Below, one piece after another: positions 29,441-43,160 of a stretch of DNA of 64,000 nucleotides; the first letter of the stretch is position 1, and the number at the start of each line of letters is the position of its first letter. The notes beneath the pieces are model-generated. The model was not told where the DNA came from. It did not search any database and saw only the letters and a list, made by a program, of their open reading frames with translations. The translations under genes were made by a program, and so were the position numbers. The DNA is from the human T2T-CHM13v2.0 reference genome, Homo sapiens: the NCBI RefSeq assembly GCF_009914755.1, contig NC_060934.1. The stretch is one strand, 5' to 3'.

Positions 29441-31408
29441 CTCTGATACTTTCTACTCAATGCCACTTTATGTGAAAGCAGTGCTGGTCCTTACCTGCCA
29501 ATGATTTCCCTTTATTTGAAAGCCTCCAGACTATAAGTTATCCAAGGCTCACCCCAAGCCCGACACCCATGTTTCCCATATTGAATCCACGTCGCCCCAC
29601 AGGGAGCCAGAAACAAGCGGCTCATGAGAGAAGATAGTCCTTAAGTCTGAAGAAGAATTCTAAATGGGGAACTAGCCACTAGGTAAACATATCAACTGCT
29701 GAGAGGAAATTACCTTAAAATGTATATTTAAATAGAAATGGAAATTTTCAATCCAATCCAGTTTGATTAAAATGGAATCCACGTAATTGGTAAAAGCCTG
29801 AGTCTCGGCAGAGGCTTCCTGTTCTTGGAGGAGATGAATGAATCCAACCCGAGGAAACTCGGAGACCTGATCTGCACCCGGCTGGAGGAGCAGACCCCAG
29901 CCTGAGGTCAGAGTTCCCGGGACAAAGGGATTTCGGGAGAGTTAGGCTCTGAGGATGCCTGGTCCAGCCCATGGGAGGGTGTTTGACTACAGCCAGAGAG
30001 AGGGGCTGTGGAGAGGGAAGAGGAGGGGAAGTCAGCCCTCTGGAGCTTTAGATAAAATCACTAAGGACAGGGAAGAAAGTTGTTGCGGCCAAGAGTCTAC
30101 CCTGACGCCTAAGTCCCCTAAGAAGTGTCCACAGAGAAGGACAAACTGACCATGCTGAAGGGAAACAAAACCATTTTCCATGGAAAATTACATAACCAAG
30201 AAAAAGAGTGAGCAAAGTAGAAAGCACAGAGCAACCAGCTTGCCACTTGTGCAGAAGCTCGAGTCTGAAGCAGAACTCACCCACGAACGCGCACTGTGGG
30301 GCGGCCACAGCTGAGCCATGCTGCCCAGACTCCCCATGACACAGGACCTGACCAGCCACAGGGAAGGGAAGGGCAGGTGAGCAAATGGCCTTGTCCCTGC
30401 ATCAGCCTGGACATCAGAAGCAGACTGGAAGATAATCGATTAAATAAAAACAGTTTCACATTAGCAAAATCCAGCCAGGTGTCATCAGCTAGTCAGTTTC
30501 TGCTCACTCTGCCCTTGTTGGAGATGGAGAAATAGAAAAATCGTCTCACTAGTACAAAGCCCAAAGAGAGGAGGTGGAGAGAGAAGTGGGTCAGGTGTAA
30601 GACAATATGGAAGGGTAGAGACTGGGGCAAAGAGGAGCTCCCAGAGCCCATAGGCATCACTTTGGAAGCATCAAGCTGAGAGCCTTGTACCATCTACTGT
30701 CGCAGATCCTACAACTGCCTGCCCTTTTCGCTACAGTGAGGCCTTCAGTTTGGACAATATCTTGCTTCTTTTGAGGTTGTTTTAAGAATCTTTGCAGAAA
30801 ATGGGGATAGACCTGCTTTGGAAACTCTACAGTAGATTTTAACATCTCATCCTTACGTATTACATAGGAGGAAACTGAGTCTCCTCAGAGCCAGGAACAG
30901 GACAAGGACAAACTTTTCTGAAACTCAATAACTACCATTTCTTTTTTATTTAAGCTCTAACCAGGGACAGAATTGGAGAGGGGATTAAACATAGCTAAGA
31001 AAATAGCCTAAGAATCAGCCCAGGACAGCTGGATTTCACTTTCACTGACTACAGTGGGCAAATAGATATTGGTGGCATTTATAAGAAGATGTGTCTTGTG
31101 CTGGCTGCGGGCCAGGCATGGGAGTGGGGTGCACACAGGCATCGGAGCCCCCCAGCTGTCCGCAGAGGGAAGTGCCCCTGTGGCAGCTGGGAGAGGAAGA
31201 AGCTATGTCTCAAGAGACCGCGGGGTGGTTCCCAAATCCCACTGAAACCGAGGGTGGCATCTCTACCCAGGGCACAGGACCAGGCTGGCCATGGCTCATC
31301 CCTTCTGGCTGCCAAGCTGTCTCACTCCTCCACCGTCCCACACCCACAACGCCCACAGTCTACAGGGTTGATGTCCCTGGCTGGGTGGTGGACGCAGTAG
31401 AACAAGGG

Positions 31409-31812
31409 TGATATGGTTTGGATCTTGTCCCCACCCAAATCTCATGACAGATTGTGATCTCCAGTGTTGGAGGTGGGGCCTGGTGGGAGGTGATGGGATC
31501 CTGGGGTGGATTTCCTGCTTGATGCTATTCTCGTGACAGTGAGTGAGTTTTCCTGAGATCTGGTCGTTTAACAGTGTGTGGCCCCTCCCCTATCCTGCTT
31601 CTCTCTTTCCTGCTCCAGTCATGTAGGACGCCTGCTCCACCTTCACCTTTTGTCATGATTGTAAGTTTCCTGAGGCCTCTGCAGAACACCAAGCAGATGT
31701 GGCCATGCTTTCGGCACAGCCTGCAGAATAGTGAGCCAATTAAACCTCTTTTCTTTATAAATTACCCAGTCTAGGGTATTCCTTTACAGCAATGGAAGAA
31801 CAGACTCATACA
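31409..31812 (+). mobile_element. Solo MSTA LTR
   Basis: tgatatggtttggatc..gagccaattaaacctcttttctttataaattacccagtc..cagactcataca, with a perfect 5-bp TSD aaggg. Confidence 0.92.
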
Positions 31813-32042
31813 AAGGGGAAGGCAGGACTCAGCAGCAGAGGGCTGGATCCCAGACACAGGCCTGGTCAGCAACAGGGCAGTCCAAGGAAAAGCCTCTCAT
31901 CCAGCTACCCTGCCTGGCCAACAGCAGTCACTGTGTGCCCAGAAACCAGGACGGTGGCCAGGCAAGGCCCAGGGAACAATGGGAAGCTCCACTCCTTCCA
32001 GGCTGAGTCTTGCTTCAATCTGACCCTACACAGTAGCTGCCC

Positions 32043-32350
32043 TTTTTTTTTTTTTTTTTTTTTTTTTGAGACGGAGTCTCACTCTGTCACCCAAGCTGGA
32101 GTGCAGTGGCACAATCTCGGCTCACTGCAAGCTCTGCCTCCCAGGTTCACACCATTCTCCTGCCTCAGCTTCCTGAGTAGCTAGGACTACATGCGCCCGC
32201 CACCACGCCCGGCTAATTTTTTTTTGTATTTTTAGTACAGACGAGGTTTCACCATGTTAGCCAGGATGGTCTCGATCTCCTGACCTCGTGATCTGCCCGT
32301 CTTGGCCTCCCAAAGTGCTGGGATTACCGGCGTGAGCCAACGCACCCGGC
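32043..32350 (-). mobile_element. AluY, full length
   Basis: Long T tail, caagctctgcctcc and gttagccaggatggtctcgatctcctgacctcgtgatc; TSD gtagctg(c/g)c. Confidence 0.95.
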
Positions 32351-32808
32351 TGTAGCTGGCTTTTAAGTTAAAGGATGCACAGTGCCTGCCACGAGAGCAG
32401 GAGCCACAGCCAGTCCCGGTGGCCCCAGCTGCCTGGTTGGACACAGCCCATTTTTTCCCACCTGTGTCCCTTCCTGTTCTCATTACTGCGTTTCCTGGTG
32501 CGTGGACTGCCACTGTTTTAATAGCGCATGGCTTCTGTTCATATTTCTACATAGAGTACCGTGAGTGCTGTGTAAGAAAGCACCAATACATCTAACCGAT
32601 ACGTGCATGACATGGATAGAAATGCTGTTTTTAAAACACAGAAACAATGCACAGCCCTGTGGAAACGCCGCATAATCCTATCAGTTGTCCATCTCCCACA
32701 GTGGGCCTGCAGTCCTTTCTGGCTTGGGTGGTGTGACCTCACTGCATGTTGATTCACAGCTTACAGATGGCAACTGAGTAAGTCCAGAGCCAGATCGCTT
32801 CTGCGATC

Positions 32809-33860
<1,052 letters not shown>

Positions 33861-35264
33861 ACCGTCCACAAAGGCCACTCTGCAGTCCATGGTGACCTGC
33901 GGGCTGCAGTGCAAGGAGGCTACCTCCTCACTGATCCTTTGTCCATGTCTCCCGCCTCCCCAGGGAAGGTTGCCCGGCCCCAGGGCCTTCCCTTCCGATG
34001 CTCTGAGGGGCTTCCCCTCGAAGCTCACCGCGGCATCCCTGGGGCGTTCGGGGCTGGATATGGGCCCTGAGTGTCCTGAGGGACCATTTATCCCACGCTT
34101 GGCAATTTAAACCAGAGCTGTTTACAGTACAACAGTGTTAACTAAGGGACGGGAAGGTAAAGTCAGCATCCAGTGTTAAGGTGGGATGCTGGAGTGAGGC
34201 TGTAGTGGAAAGAGGCTCACCCTCGGATGAGCGTGGTTTGCTCCCCGGCTTGAGCTCTGAAGCCTCCCAGGGCCTACCAAAGCGCGTAGAACAGAGGGGC
34301 TCCATTCTAATGGTCCTTTTCCTGAGAAACGAGCCCAACAACAAAAGAGCCAGCCTACGACCTCTGCCTCCCTGAGGTTCCAACACACATCACAGGCCCT
34401 GGACCCGGGCTGAGCTCCACCCTGGCACCCGCATGGCCTTTCAGAGCCTCCAAGCCTCGTCCATAGTGAGGCTTCTCCTGGCGACTGTTCCCTGCCATGC
34501 GAAGGGGACAGCCCCCCAACATCCCCTGGCTCTCGGGCCTATTGCCCCCAACAGCCTGGAAGGGGAGACCCACCCAGGTGCCGCAGATGCCGTAGGTCAG
34601 GAGGGCTTGGTTGGTCTCCACTCACCCCAGCCCCATCCTCCAGGGCTCTTGGCTTAGGGCCCAGGTTAGGGACCAGGGAGAGCACAGCCCTTGGGCCTCT
34701 GGCTCTGTCTGCAGGACGCAGGACTGACCATTCAGAAACCCTGGTCAGCGTTTGCTCCTCCTGGTGCCCTGACTCACAAGGGGCACATGGGGATCCCAGG
34801 GCTCCGTTCCTGCATTCTTTGGCTTGGGCTACTCAACTCTGGCTACTGACCTTACTTGGTGTCTTGTGGGGCCAGGGAAATGGGTTCAGAGAGGGAGGGA
34901 GGAAGGGGCATGGAGACCCCATGGGAGCCACCCTGTGCTCCTGCAGAGCTCTCAGAGCAGGGAGCTGCTCCCAGGACCCTGCCTCAGCTGTAGAGAAGGG
35001 CTTGCCTGAGGCCCCCACGTGGGCAGCCAGGCCGGACCAGGCTGGCAGCAGATCACTGAATCCCCCCAGCTCCTCCGCCCCTGCAAAGCTGCCCAAACCC
35101 TTGGCAGTGGTCCAGAGCCAGGATGAGGAAAGGGGGTGGGGGTGGAGAGCAGCACCTCGGGGGCTCCGAGGGTTTGCCAACCACTGTGCCCAGTCCGCCA
35201 TGCCCTCGTATGTGTGGTCTTAGTTCTGCCTTGGGGCCAGGGCCACCACCATCCAGGGGCAATG

Positions 35265-35438
35265 AGCAGCTGGGCACCTGCGGTGTGGTCACTGAGGCAG
35301 CCCCACCCCCGGAGCAACTGGACACCTGCAGTGTAGCCACTGAGGCCCCCCCAAGCGGCTGAGTACCTGTGGTGTGGTCACTGAGGCAGCCTCCCTGAGC
35401 AACTGGACACCTGCAGGGTGGTCACTGAGGTGGCCCCC
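35265..35438 (+). repeat. About 44-47-bp minisatellite, 4 copies alternating between two unit types
   Basis: Core gagcaRctggRcacctgcRgtgtggtcactgagg repeated four times. Confidence 0.85.
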
Positions 35439-37909
35439 ACGCCTGCCCCCAAGGATCTGCCTCCTCTCCAACTCCCTGCAGGCCACAGGGGCAGCCCAGA
35501 ATGGCAGGTGGAAAGTGTCTCCCACCCTGACCCGCCAAGAGCCGCAGCTCCCCTCCCTGCTGCTGCGGGGTGGGAGGCCCCTGGCCGTCCAGGAAAGGCA
35601 GGAGGAAGTCTGTGTTCAAATCACCGGTGGAGTGGGAGAGACTCAATTCAGAGATGGCAGCACCATCAAATTTCCTTCTCAATGTTTTCTACAGAAATCT
35701 CCAAAAAAGTGCCCAGTGGGAGGTGGGTGGGAAAGGTAGTGGAGAAAGACCCCACCTAGGGTGACAGCACCCTCTCCCAGGAAACACCCTCCACCTTGAG
35801 CAATTAGAAGGCAGCGAGGAAAGCGGCGGTCTTCTAACTGTGCCATGAGGCTCCAAGTAGGAAGTTTCTGGAAGATGCGCTGAGGGGATGTGGCACTCAG
35901 AAGATAACACGCTTTTTAAAGGTGCCAGGTGTATGTGTAAAACTGCATGTGTTATCGCCGTGTATTGAACACGGATCCCGGCTCCTCTCTAAATGAACAT
36001 TTTGTCACCGGTTTTTGCAGCAGGGGAGGTCCCCATGCTATGACTTAGCCACGTGACAGACAGCAGAGCACGTCGTAATCACACGGAGGGCAGCCCGGTC
36101 TGCTTTTCTGCAGTGTGAAAATTGTACAGGAGAAGTGGCGTCTTTCTGCAGACCACTGTCCCGCCGCTGCCTCCACGTTGGGAGTACCTTCCCGCACAGG
36201 GCAAATGAGAATCTGCGTGGGCATCCCAGCTACAGCCTCCGAACCTCTAGGTGATGGACGAGGCAGACTGCAGTCATGAGGCTCTCATTTTCGCTTGTTT
36301 ACTGCGGTTTGCAGAACTCTAAATTCCTATTCCTCCAGGGAGCATGAAAACACACTAAGTGTCTTGGGGTTAATCCACATTTCTCAACAGTCTCAAACCG
36401 GAAAGAGAACAGCCTCCCTCAGTCTAGCAAGCCAGTGAGTAACATATTACACCATAAATATGAAATGGCCTTAGGAGTTCCAGACCATTAAGGTGGCCGC
36501 TTCTCCGCGGCATGCGAGTTTAGCATGAGAAATACAACTATTCATCAAAAGAGTGAATTATTGGTGCATACTCAGGCATCCTGAGTGCCCCACATCTGAC
36601 AGATGCTTCAAAGTTATCCATACATGATATTTTGTGCGGACAGTGACGGCTGCGTTTTGAACCAGGCTCTGCTTACTACTCGTGGATGAATTAGTGCTGC
36701 CCCGAGGGGCCATGAGTTAAAAAATGTGTCAACTTCTAGAGCAAAATTCAGCACCCTGAGAGGGATGCATCTCTCTATTGGCAGATGTGAAACTCAATGA
36801 AATTTCTCCACCTAAGTCAGAAGGCAGCCGCCACACTGGTGTGAGTGCCAGCCTGGTGCTGGGACTCCCAGATGGAAAGGAGAAAGTTCTAGATTTTCAC
36901 ATGGTTTCTTCAGCAAGGTGGATTTTTCACCAAGGCTCCCTGAACTGGCCCCATTCAGAGGGTCCAGGAGATAGTGAGGGTATGGCCGAGCCTTTCGGGA
37001 TCACCCTACTCAGGAAAGACTATGTCTAAGCAGTCACGGCAACAGCCTCATTAATGTGGCCATGCCTGTCTGGCCCCTTCCTGTCCCCTCTCACATGTGG
37101 TTTAGAGGGTGGATAAGGCCCCTTCCCAAGCCACCGCTCTCTGGGGAGGGTCATGAGAGAAGGCTGGGGCCTCTCCCAGCCCCAGCTGCCTTCCAATTGG
37201 TCAAGGCAGAGGGTGTTTCCTGGGAGAAGGTGCTGTTACCCTAGGTGGCTGTGGCCGGTTTAACCCCGCCCCGCCTGTGGGAAGTCTGCACAAGACAATG
37301 GCCTAGTTCTGGTGAGGATAGTGAGTTCCATCCCTGATGGTGACTTTTCCCTTCCCTGGGGTTCACGAGATGCAAGCACCATTCTTAGTGCCCCTGATCA
37401 ACCGGCGGGGACGAGATCCCAGAGGATGCCGGTCAGCCTGCACATCAAGTGAGCAGAGGCTAAACCCGGGATTCAGGCACTTCCTCGCGCCAGGAGACCA
37501 GGAGATCTGCCACCTGCACCAGCAGCCGCTGGACTGTGCAGCCTTGGGACCCCATGGGAACTGGGTGCCTCTCTTCCTCGGCCCCCGGGGCAAACGGCAA
37601 GCCCAGCCGTGTCCCCACCCTGGTGCAGACCCCAATCCAGGCGTCAAGGTGGATGGGACCGCATGCTCCGCTGCCTGTTACCTCCAAGTGGGTTTCCATC
37701 CCAAGGGGCTCCTTTTGGTTGCCAAAGCTTGGTTTGCATTTTGCTCCAGAGAGAGCTAGATGCCGACCCATCCTGATGATTCAGATACTGTTTTGGGTCC
37801 ACCCTTTCCTATATCTGCCGTTTCTATTTGTTGGCTCTTTTCCCTTACATTATAAACATACTTCTGTGCCTTTTAACTTCAAAACCAACAGCTACAAAAA
37901 TAAAACAAA

Positions 37910-38055
37910 GCACATGTGCGCACACTCACCCACATGCTCACACACACTGACATGCTCACACACACTCATGCTCACACACATGCTCAGACATGCACACACA
38001 CATGCTCACCCTCACGCATACACACACACATGCTCACACACAGACATGCTCACAC
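37910..38055 (+). repeat. CA-rich compound microsatellite (cacacatgct)n
   Basis: Direct inspection. Confidence 0.9.
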
Positions 38056-39269
38056 CCCAGAAGCCTCTGGGGTCCATCACTGCACATCTCCTTCCAGCTC
38101 AAGGTCACTCCCTGAAGTCTCCTTTGGCAAGCAGCCCCCCACGCACCCACGAACCCTCCCCTGGCCCTCCCCCTGCCCACTGTACATGGACATCTTCAGG
38201 ACGCAGCTCACTAATAGATCCCAGCTTGACCTGCTGAGCCCTGTCCCCTCCCCAGGCCACATCCCCACCTTCTCCCCTCCCACTTCTCTCTCTTCACTGC
38301 ATTCCCCGTGGTGAGAAGCAGCCGCTCCATCCCACCAGAGCTCCACCCTGGAGGCCTCACTGTCACTTCCAACCGTTTCCTTTTAGGGCCTGAATTCCAG
38401 TCGATTAGGAATTCTGGAACCCTTCCTGTCTCCTTTCCCCCTGACCCATCCTCTCCCTCTCTTTCCAGTTATCCCCCTTCTTCCCAGCTGAGACCTGAAC
38501 TCTGGAAACTCTCACCCCATTATTCCCTGGGGCTCCTCTCCAAGCCTCGGATGATGCCCCTACATGCTCCTGCCCCACACGCCTTTCCAGCCGAAGTGTG
38601 CTGACCCTGAGGTCGCTGCACGTCCCATTGGGAGTGCCCTCCCGAGCCAGCCTGGCCCCACTGTCCCATCCTCCTGGGTCTGCTGCCTCCTGCACTCTGG
38701 CCTCTTGAGTCCCCTGAGCAACGAGCCACATCCCTGATTCAGATTTACCCACTAAAGTAGCTTTGTACGCTTCCCTTCCCCTAGGCTCTAGGACCCAGGG
38801 AGTCAGGGGTTTTATCTAATTCACCAGGGATCCTTGGTGGGTATCCCAGTGTCTGTTGTCTGATTGACAGCGAGATGTCTGTGGCTAAGTCAGTCACAAC
38901 CGATGGCATGTCCTCAGGGCTGGACTAAGCTGTGCGGCCTGGGGAGTTACCTGAACTCTCCAACTTCAAGACCGAAGTCACGTCCTCCCTCACTGGACCC
39001 CTGGGAGGATGGCACAGGCCAGGCCTGGGAAGTGCACGGCCCATCGCAGGCTCCTGTGGCCCCTCGTCCCCCAAACCCCACCCCCTACTCTCCCAGATAA
39101 AACATGTGGGAAAACACTGACAATCTGTGGAAATGAAAAATAACAACCTCTGGCAAGATCTCATTTTGATGAAAACACACTTTATACTCTAATTAGCGTA
39201 CCTGGACGTTAGGAACTCTGAATGGAATAATAAGTAGAATGTCTCTCTTTACTAGTGGAGGTAATAATG

Positions 39270-39500
39270 TAGTTTGTAATCATGACCATCGGCCCGCAGT
39301 GTGGACCTGCCGTGTGCTGAGCACTGGCCTGGGCACTGAGGCTCATGAGTGCCGTGGATGTGTTGACTGAGAAAGGCCTGAGTATTGTCTCGTTTTGCAG
39401 ATGGGAACAAAGAGGTTCCCAAGACCCACAGAACCAGTAGTCCGACTCACTCCCACCCCGTGGCAGAGCTCAGGTGCTCTTCTGCATCATGCACTGTATT
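39270..39500. mobile_element. MIR fragment
   Basis: gtgctgagcactggcctgggcactg and tattgtctcgttttgcagatgggaacaaagagg. Confidence 0.6.
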
Positions 39501-39743
39501 AGTTTATCAGAGGAAAACAATTAAGCAGAGAGCAAAAATGCTACAACCTGATAAGGTTTCTTCTAGGATGGGCCCTACAAACCAGACATCAACATCCAAT
39601 TGCTAAGTCCAGAGAAGAGACGCACAGCCCTGCCACACAGGCTGGAAAAGCATGCTACAGACAGGATCACGCAGAAGAACCTGAGAGAAGCGGCTTCGGG
39701 AAGACCATTGCACCTGTGTTTGTAAGTACACCATTCTACCCAC

Positions 39744-39925
39744 CTGAGAAGGGAGGAGGACAGAGGCGTTTCTCATTTCTAAAATCCAAAGGTATCCAGG
39801 ACACCAGCTGGAGGCTCTCCCGATGCCTCCGTGGCATCCACATTTCTGGATTCATCTCAGACCCAAGATGCATTTCGATTGATTTCAAGACCGAGTCCCT
39901 ATTTAATGCTGAAGGAAAACCCCAC
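39744..39925 (-). other. Candidate 182-nt exon
   Basis: gtctcccttcag|GTGGGG...CTCAG|gtgggt. Only one frame is open (WGFPSALNRDSVLKSIEMHLG...CPPPFS). Confidence 0.35.
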
Positions 39926-40266
39926 CTGAAGGGAGACCCCAAATCTCACAACGGCTCCAGAATCATCCCACTGAAGTAGCAGAGGACACAGACCACATGG
40001 AACGCAGAATGAGAAGGCTCTCCACGTCAAGGCACAGCCTGCACCTGGCACCCCCAATGTGACCCCCCTCCCAACTCCCTGCACACAGCGATGCCCCAGG
40101 CTAGGTTTCCGATAAACGCAAGTGTGATTGGCCTCAGAAATGCAGTTTCAAAATTATTCAAAATTAGAGACTTCTGTTCAGTCATCTTAATGATATGAAA
40201 CCACTTGAAAAATACACATCTCAGAGCAGCACGCCCTAGACGCCAGGGTCAATTTCCTTCAAGTAT

Positions 40267-40700
40267 TTACGTATTTATTTGAACAGGGTCTCACGCTGTC
40301 ATCCAGGCTACAGTGCAGTGGTGCCATCATGGCTCACTGTAACCTTGAATGCCTGGGCTCAAGTGATCCTCCAGCCTCAGCCTTCTGAGTAGCTGGGACT
40401 ACAGGTGTGAGCCACCATGGCTGGCTAATTTTTAAATAGTTTCTTTTAGAGATGGAGTGTCACTAGGTTGCCTAGGCTGGTCCTGAACTCCTGGGCTCAA
40501 GCAATCCGCCCGCCTCAGCTTCCCAAAGTGCTGGGAATACAGGTGTGATCCTCCACACCCGGCTAATTTTAAAATAGTTTTTTAGAGACGAAGTGTCACT
40601 AGGTTGCCCAGGCTGGTCTTGAACTCCTGGGCTCAAGTAATCTGCCCGCCTCCGCCTCCTGAAGTGCTGGGAGTCCAGGTGTGAGCCTCCATGCCCGGCT
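40267..40700 (-). mobile_element. AluJ with a tandemly duplicated left monomer (trimeric Alu)
   Basis: One right monomer, then two left monomers that each start ggctaatttt..aaatagttt..gtgtcactaggttgcc. A single TSD caatttcctt(c/g)aa flanks the whole element. Confidence 0.9.
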
Positions 40701-41125
40701 ACCAATTTCCTTGAAACATCTAACCTGACCAGTAAGTTTTCTCACTCAGCGGAGCTCTAGTCTGTCCCAGAAACAAGCCACCACCTTTCCAGAATAGCAG
40801 AGAATCCAGGAAATGATTGAGTTTTCATGTTTTCCTTCAGAACCATAAAAATTAGGATTACAGCCATGACGATTAGCATTCAGCAGAAGCAAGCTTTCTG
40901 CTCAGCAGCACAGTCTTAATAAGCCACTGAAGGAAGGGAGAGACCGTCCGTGGAGCAGCTGGCGTGAGGGAGGGAAACACAGCCCCAAATCCAATTGAAA
41001 GACATTCAAGGTAAATTAGCCACATAGTAAATACATGTAATCAAAAATAATTATAGTTTAGAAGTGTAAACGCCCAACCAACAAAAACTGGGTTCATTTG
41101 GAACAAAACGGGATCCTGTTCTTGC

Positions 41126-41196
41126 CTGGGGGCAGACAGACAGATAAAGTGCTGTATTTTCATGTTTGTGTAGAACTTGGAGGAAAACGAAGTATC
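41126..41196 (-). other. Candidate 71-nt exon with a GC donor
   Basis: Long tract ttctgcttctctttctgcttctgtgttttttggttgaagcag|GATACT (NAGNAG) and CAG|gcaaga. Confidence 0.35.
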
Positions 41197-42419
41197 CTGC
41201 TTCAACCAAAAAACACAGAAGCAGAAAGAGAAGCAGAATGTGCGGGCCCTCCCACCTCCTGGAGTCGCTGTCAGCTCCCGCAGCACGAGAGCAGCTGCTC
41301 AGGGCCAGGTGGGCTCTGGGCAGGGAGGCGGCCCCCTCGCAGGCACTCTCCAGCCCTGCTCACAACAGCAAGGCTGAAAATCGGTTTCGCCCTCGGCCCT
41401 CACAGGACCCTGGAGAGAGCGGCACCCCATTCAGAGACTTGTTCTCCATAATGTCCCATAGGGCATGGCCATGGGCCCTAGCAAGGGCCTTTGTTTAATG
41501 TGGCACTTCAGCCACCATTGGAAGTGACCAGGGCTGGCCGAAGCCCAACCCAGTGCTGGTCACCATGGGAGGCCCCCAGCTCTATGCCTGCAGATAAGTG
41601 GTCTGAAAAAGGTGATCCCTGGTTCTCCTCCCAAAGCTGGGCTCGGAGCTGGCCAATTAGAAGAGTAGAGTCCCCTTGGGTGGACACGCGGTGTGGGCAG
41701 AGCTGGACCAAGTCATTGGCACACAGCAGCCTCAGGTCTGGCTGGTTCCAGGGCAGCCCAGCTTTCCCTGCTGTCAGAGCTTGGGTGGGAGAAGAGCCAC
41801 CGCCTCCCTGCTTCCCCGCAAACCACACACCTAATATAGACCTGAGATAGCAAACACCTGCCAGGAATGTCCCACTCAGATCCCGGAAAGGACCGCCCAG
41901 CCCATGCGCCTGCATCCACATCGGCCCGACCCTGGGTTCTCTATGGGGCAACCGTCAGCTCAGCCTCACCTCCAGGTGAGCCGAGGGTTTTCCATCAGGC
42001 GAGCCAGCTGCCCCACTGAAAAGATGAATGAGTTACGGACATGAGCAAAGAACCCAAGATACACGTCTTGATGATTACAAAACTGATCACAGGCACATTC
42101 ATTACAATATTGATCACTTATGAATAGTGTTCTTTCTCATTTTTTAAACAGGAAAGGGAACCCCTTCCCGTGGTCTCTGTCTAATATTTAAATTTGACCT
42201 GAGCGCAACTATCTTCCGGGTCAATATTCAGGAGCTGTCGGGCTGTGCTCAGGCGTCTTCCGGCTCCCTGGCTGAGTGCATTTCCGTCTTTGCCCTCCTC
42301 ACCCCACCCCTCCTCACCCCCAGCACCTGACTTGGACTCTGTCCTCCTTGCCCAGCCCCCCTCTCCGTGCTGTGTTTTCTCAGTGGCATTGCAGGGCTAT
42401 GTTTCTGGACCTCCGAGCC

Positions 42420-43160
42420 CCTGACAGACATTTCCTCAAGGGCTCCGGAGTCTCCACTCCAGACAGGCATTTCCTCAAGGCCTCCGGAGTCTCCCCTCCG
42501 GACAGGCATTTCCTCAAGGCCTCACGAGTCTCCCCTCCAGACAGGCATTTCCTCAAGGCCTCCGGAGTCTTCCCTCCAGACAGGCATTTCCTCAAGGTCT
42601 CCGGAGTCTCCCCTCCAGACAGGCATTTCCTCAAGGCCTCACGAGTCTCCCCTCCAGACAGGCATTTCCTCAAGGCCTCCGGAGTCTCCCCTCCAGACAG
42701 GCATTTCCTCAAGGCCTCCGGAGTCTCCCCTCCAGACAGGCATTTCCTCAAGGCCTCCGGAGTCTTCCCTCCAGACAGGCATTTCCTCAAGGTCTCCGGA
42801 GTCTCCCCTCCAGACAGGCATTTCCTCAAGGCCTCCGGAGTCTTCCCTCCAGACAGGCATTTCCTCAAGGTCTCCGGAGTCTCCCCTCCAGACAGGCATT
42901 TCCTCAAGGCCTCACGAGTCTCCCCTCCAGACAGGCATTTCCTCAAGGCCTCCGGAGTCTCCCCTCCAGACAGGCATTTCCTCAAGGCCTCACGAGTCTC
43001 CCCTCCAGACAGGCATTTCCTCAAGGCCTCACGAGTCTTCCCTCCAGACAGGCATTTCCTCAAGGTCTCCGGAGTCTCCCCTCCAGACAGGCATTTCCTC
43101 AAGGCCTCACGAGTCTCCCCTCCAGACAGGCATTTCCTCAAGGACTCCGGAGTCTCCCCT
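42420..43160 (+). repeat. 39-bp VNTR, 19 copies
   Basis: Consensus ccagacaggcatttcctcaaggcctccggagtctcccct. The ORF track shows 19 PDRHFLKxSxVxx units. Confidence 0.97.

Noticed and set aside
42420-43160. CRISPR array
   Set aside because: Units are head-to-tail with no unique spacers, there are no cas genes, and the DNA is primate.
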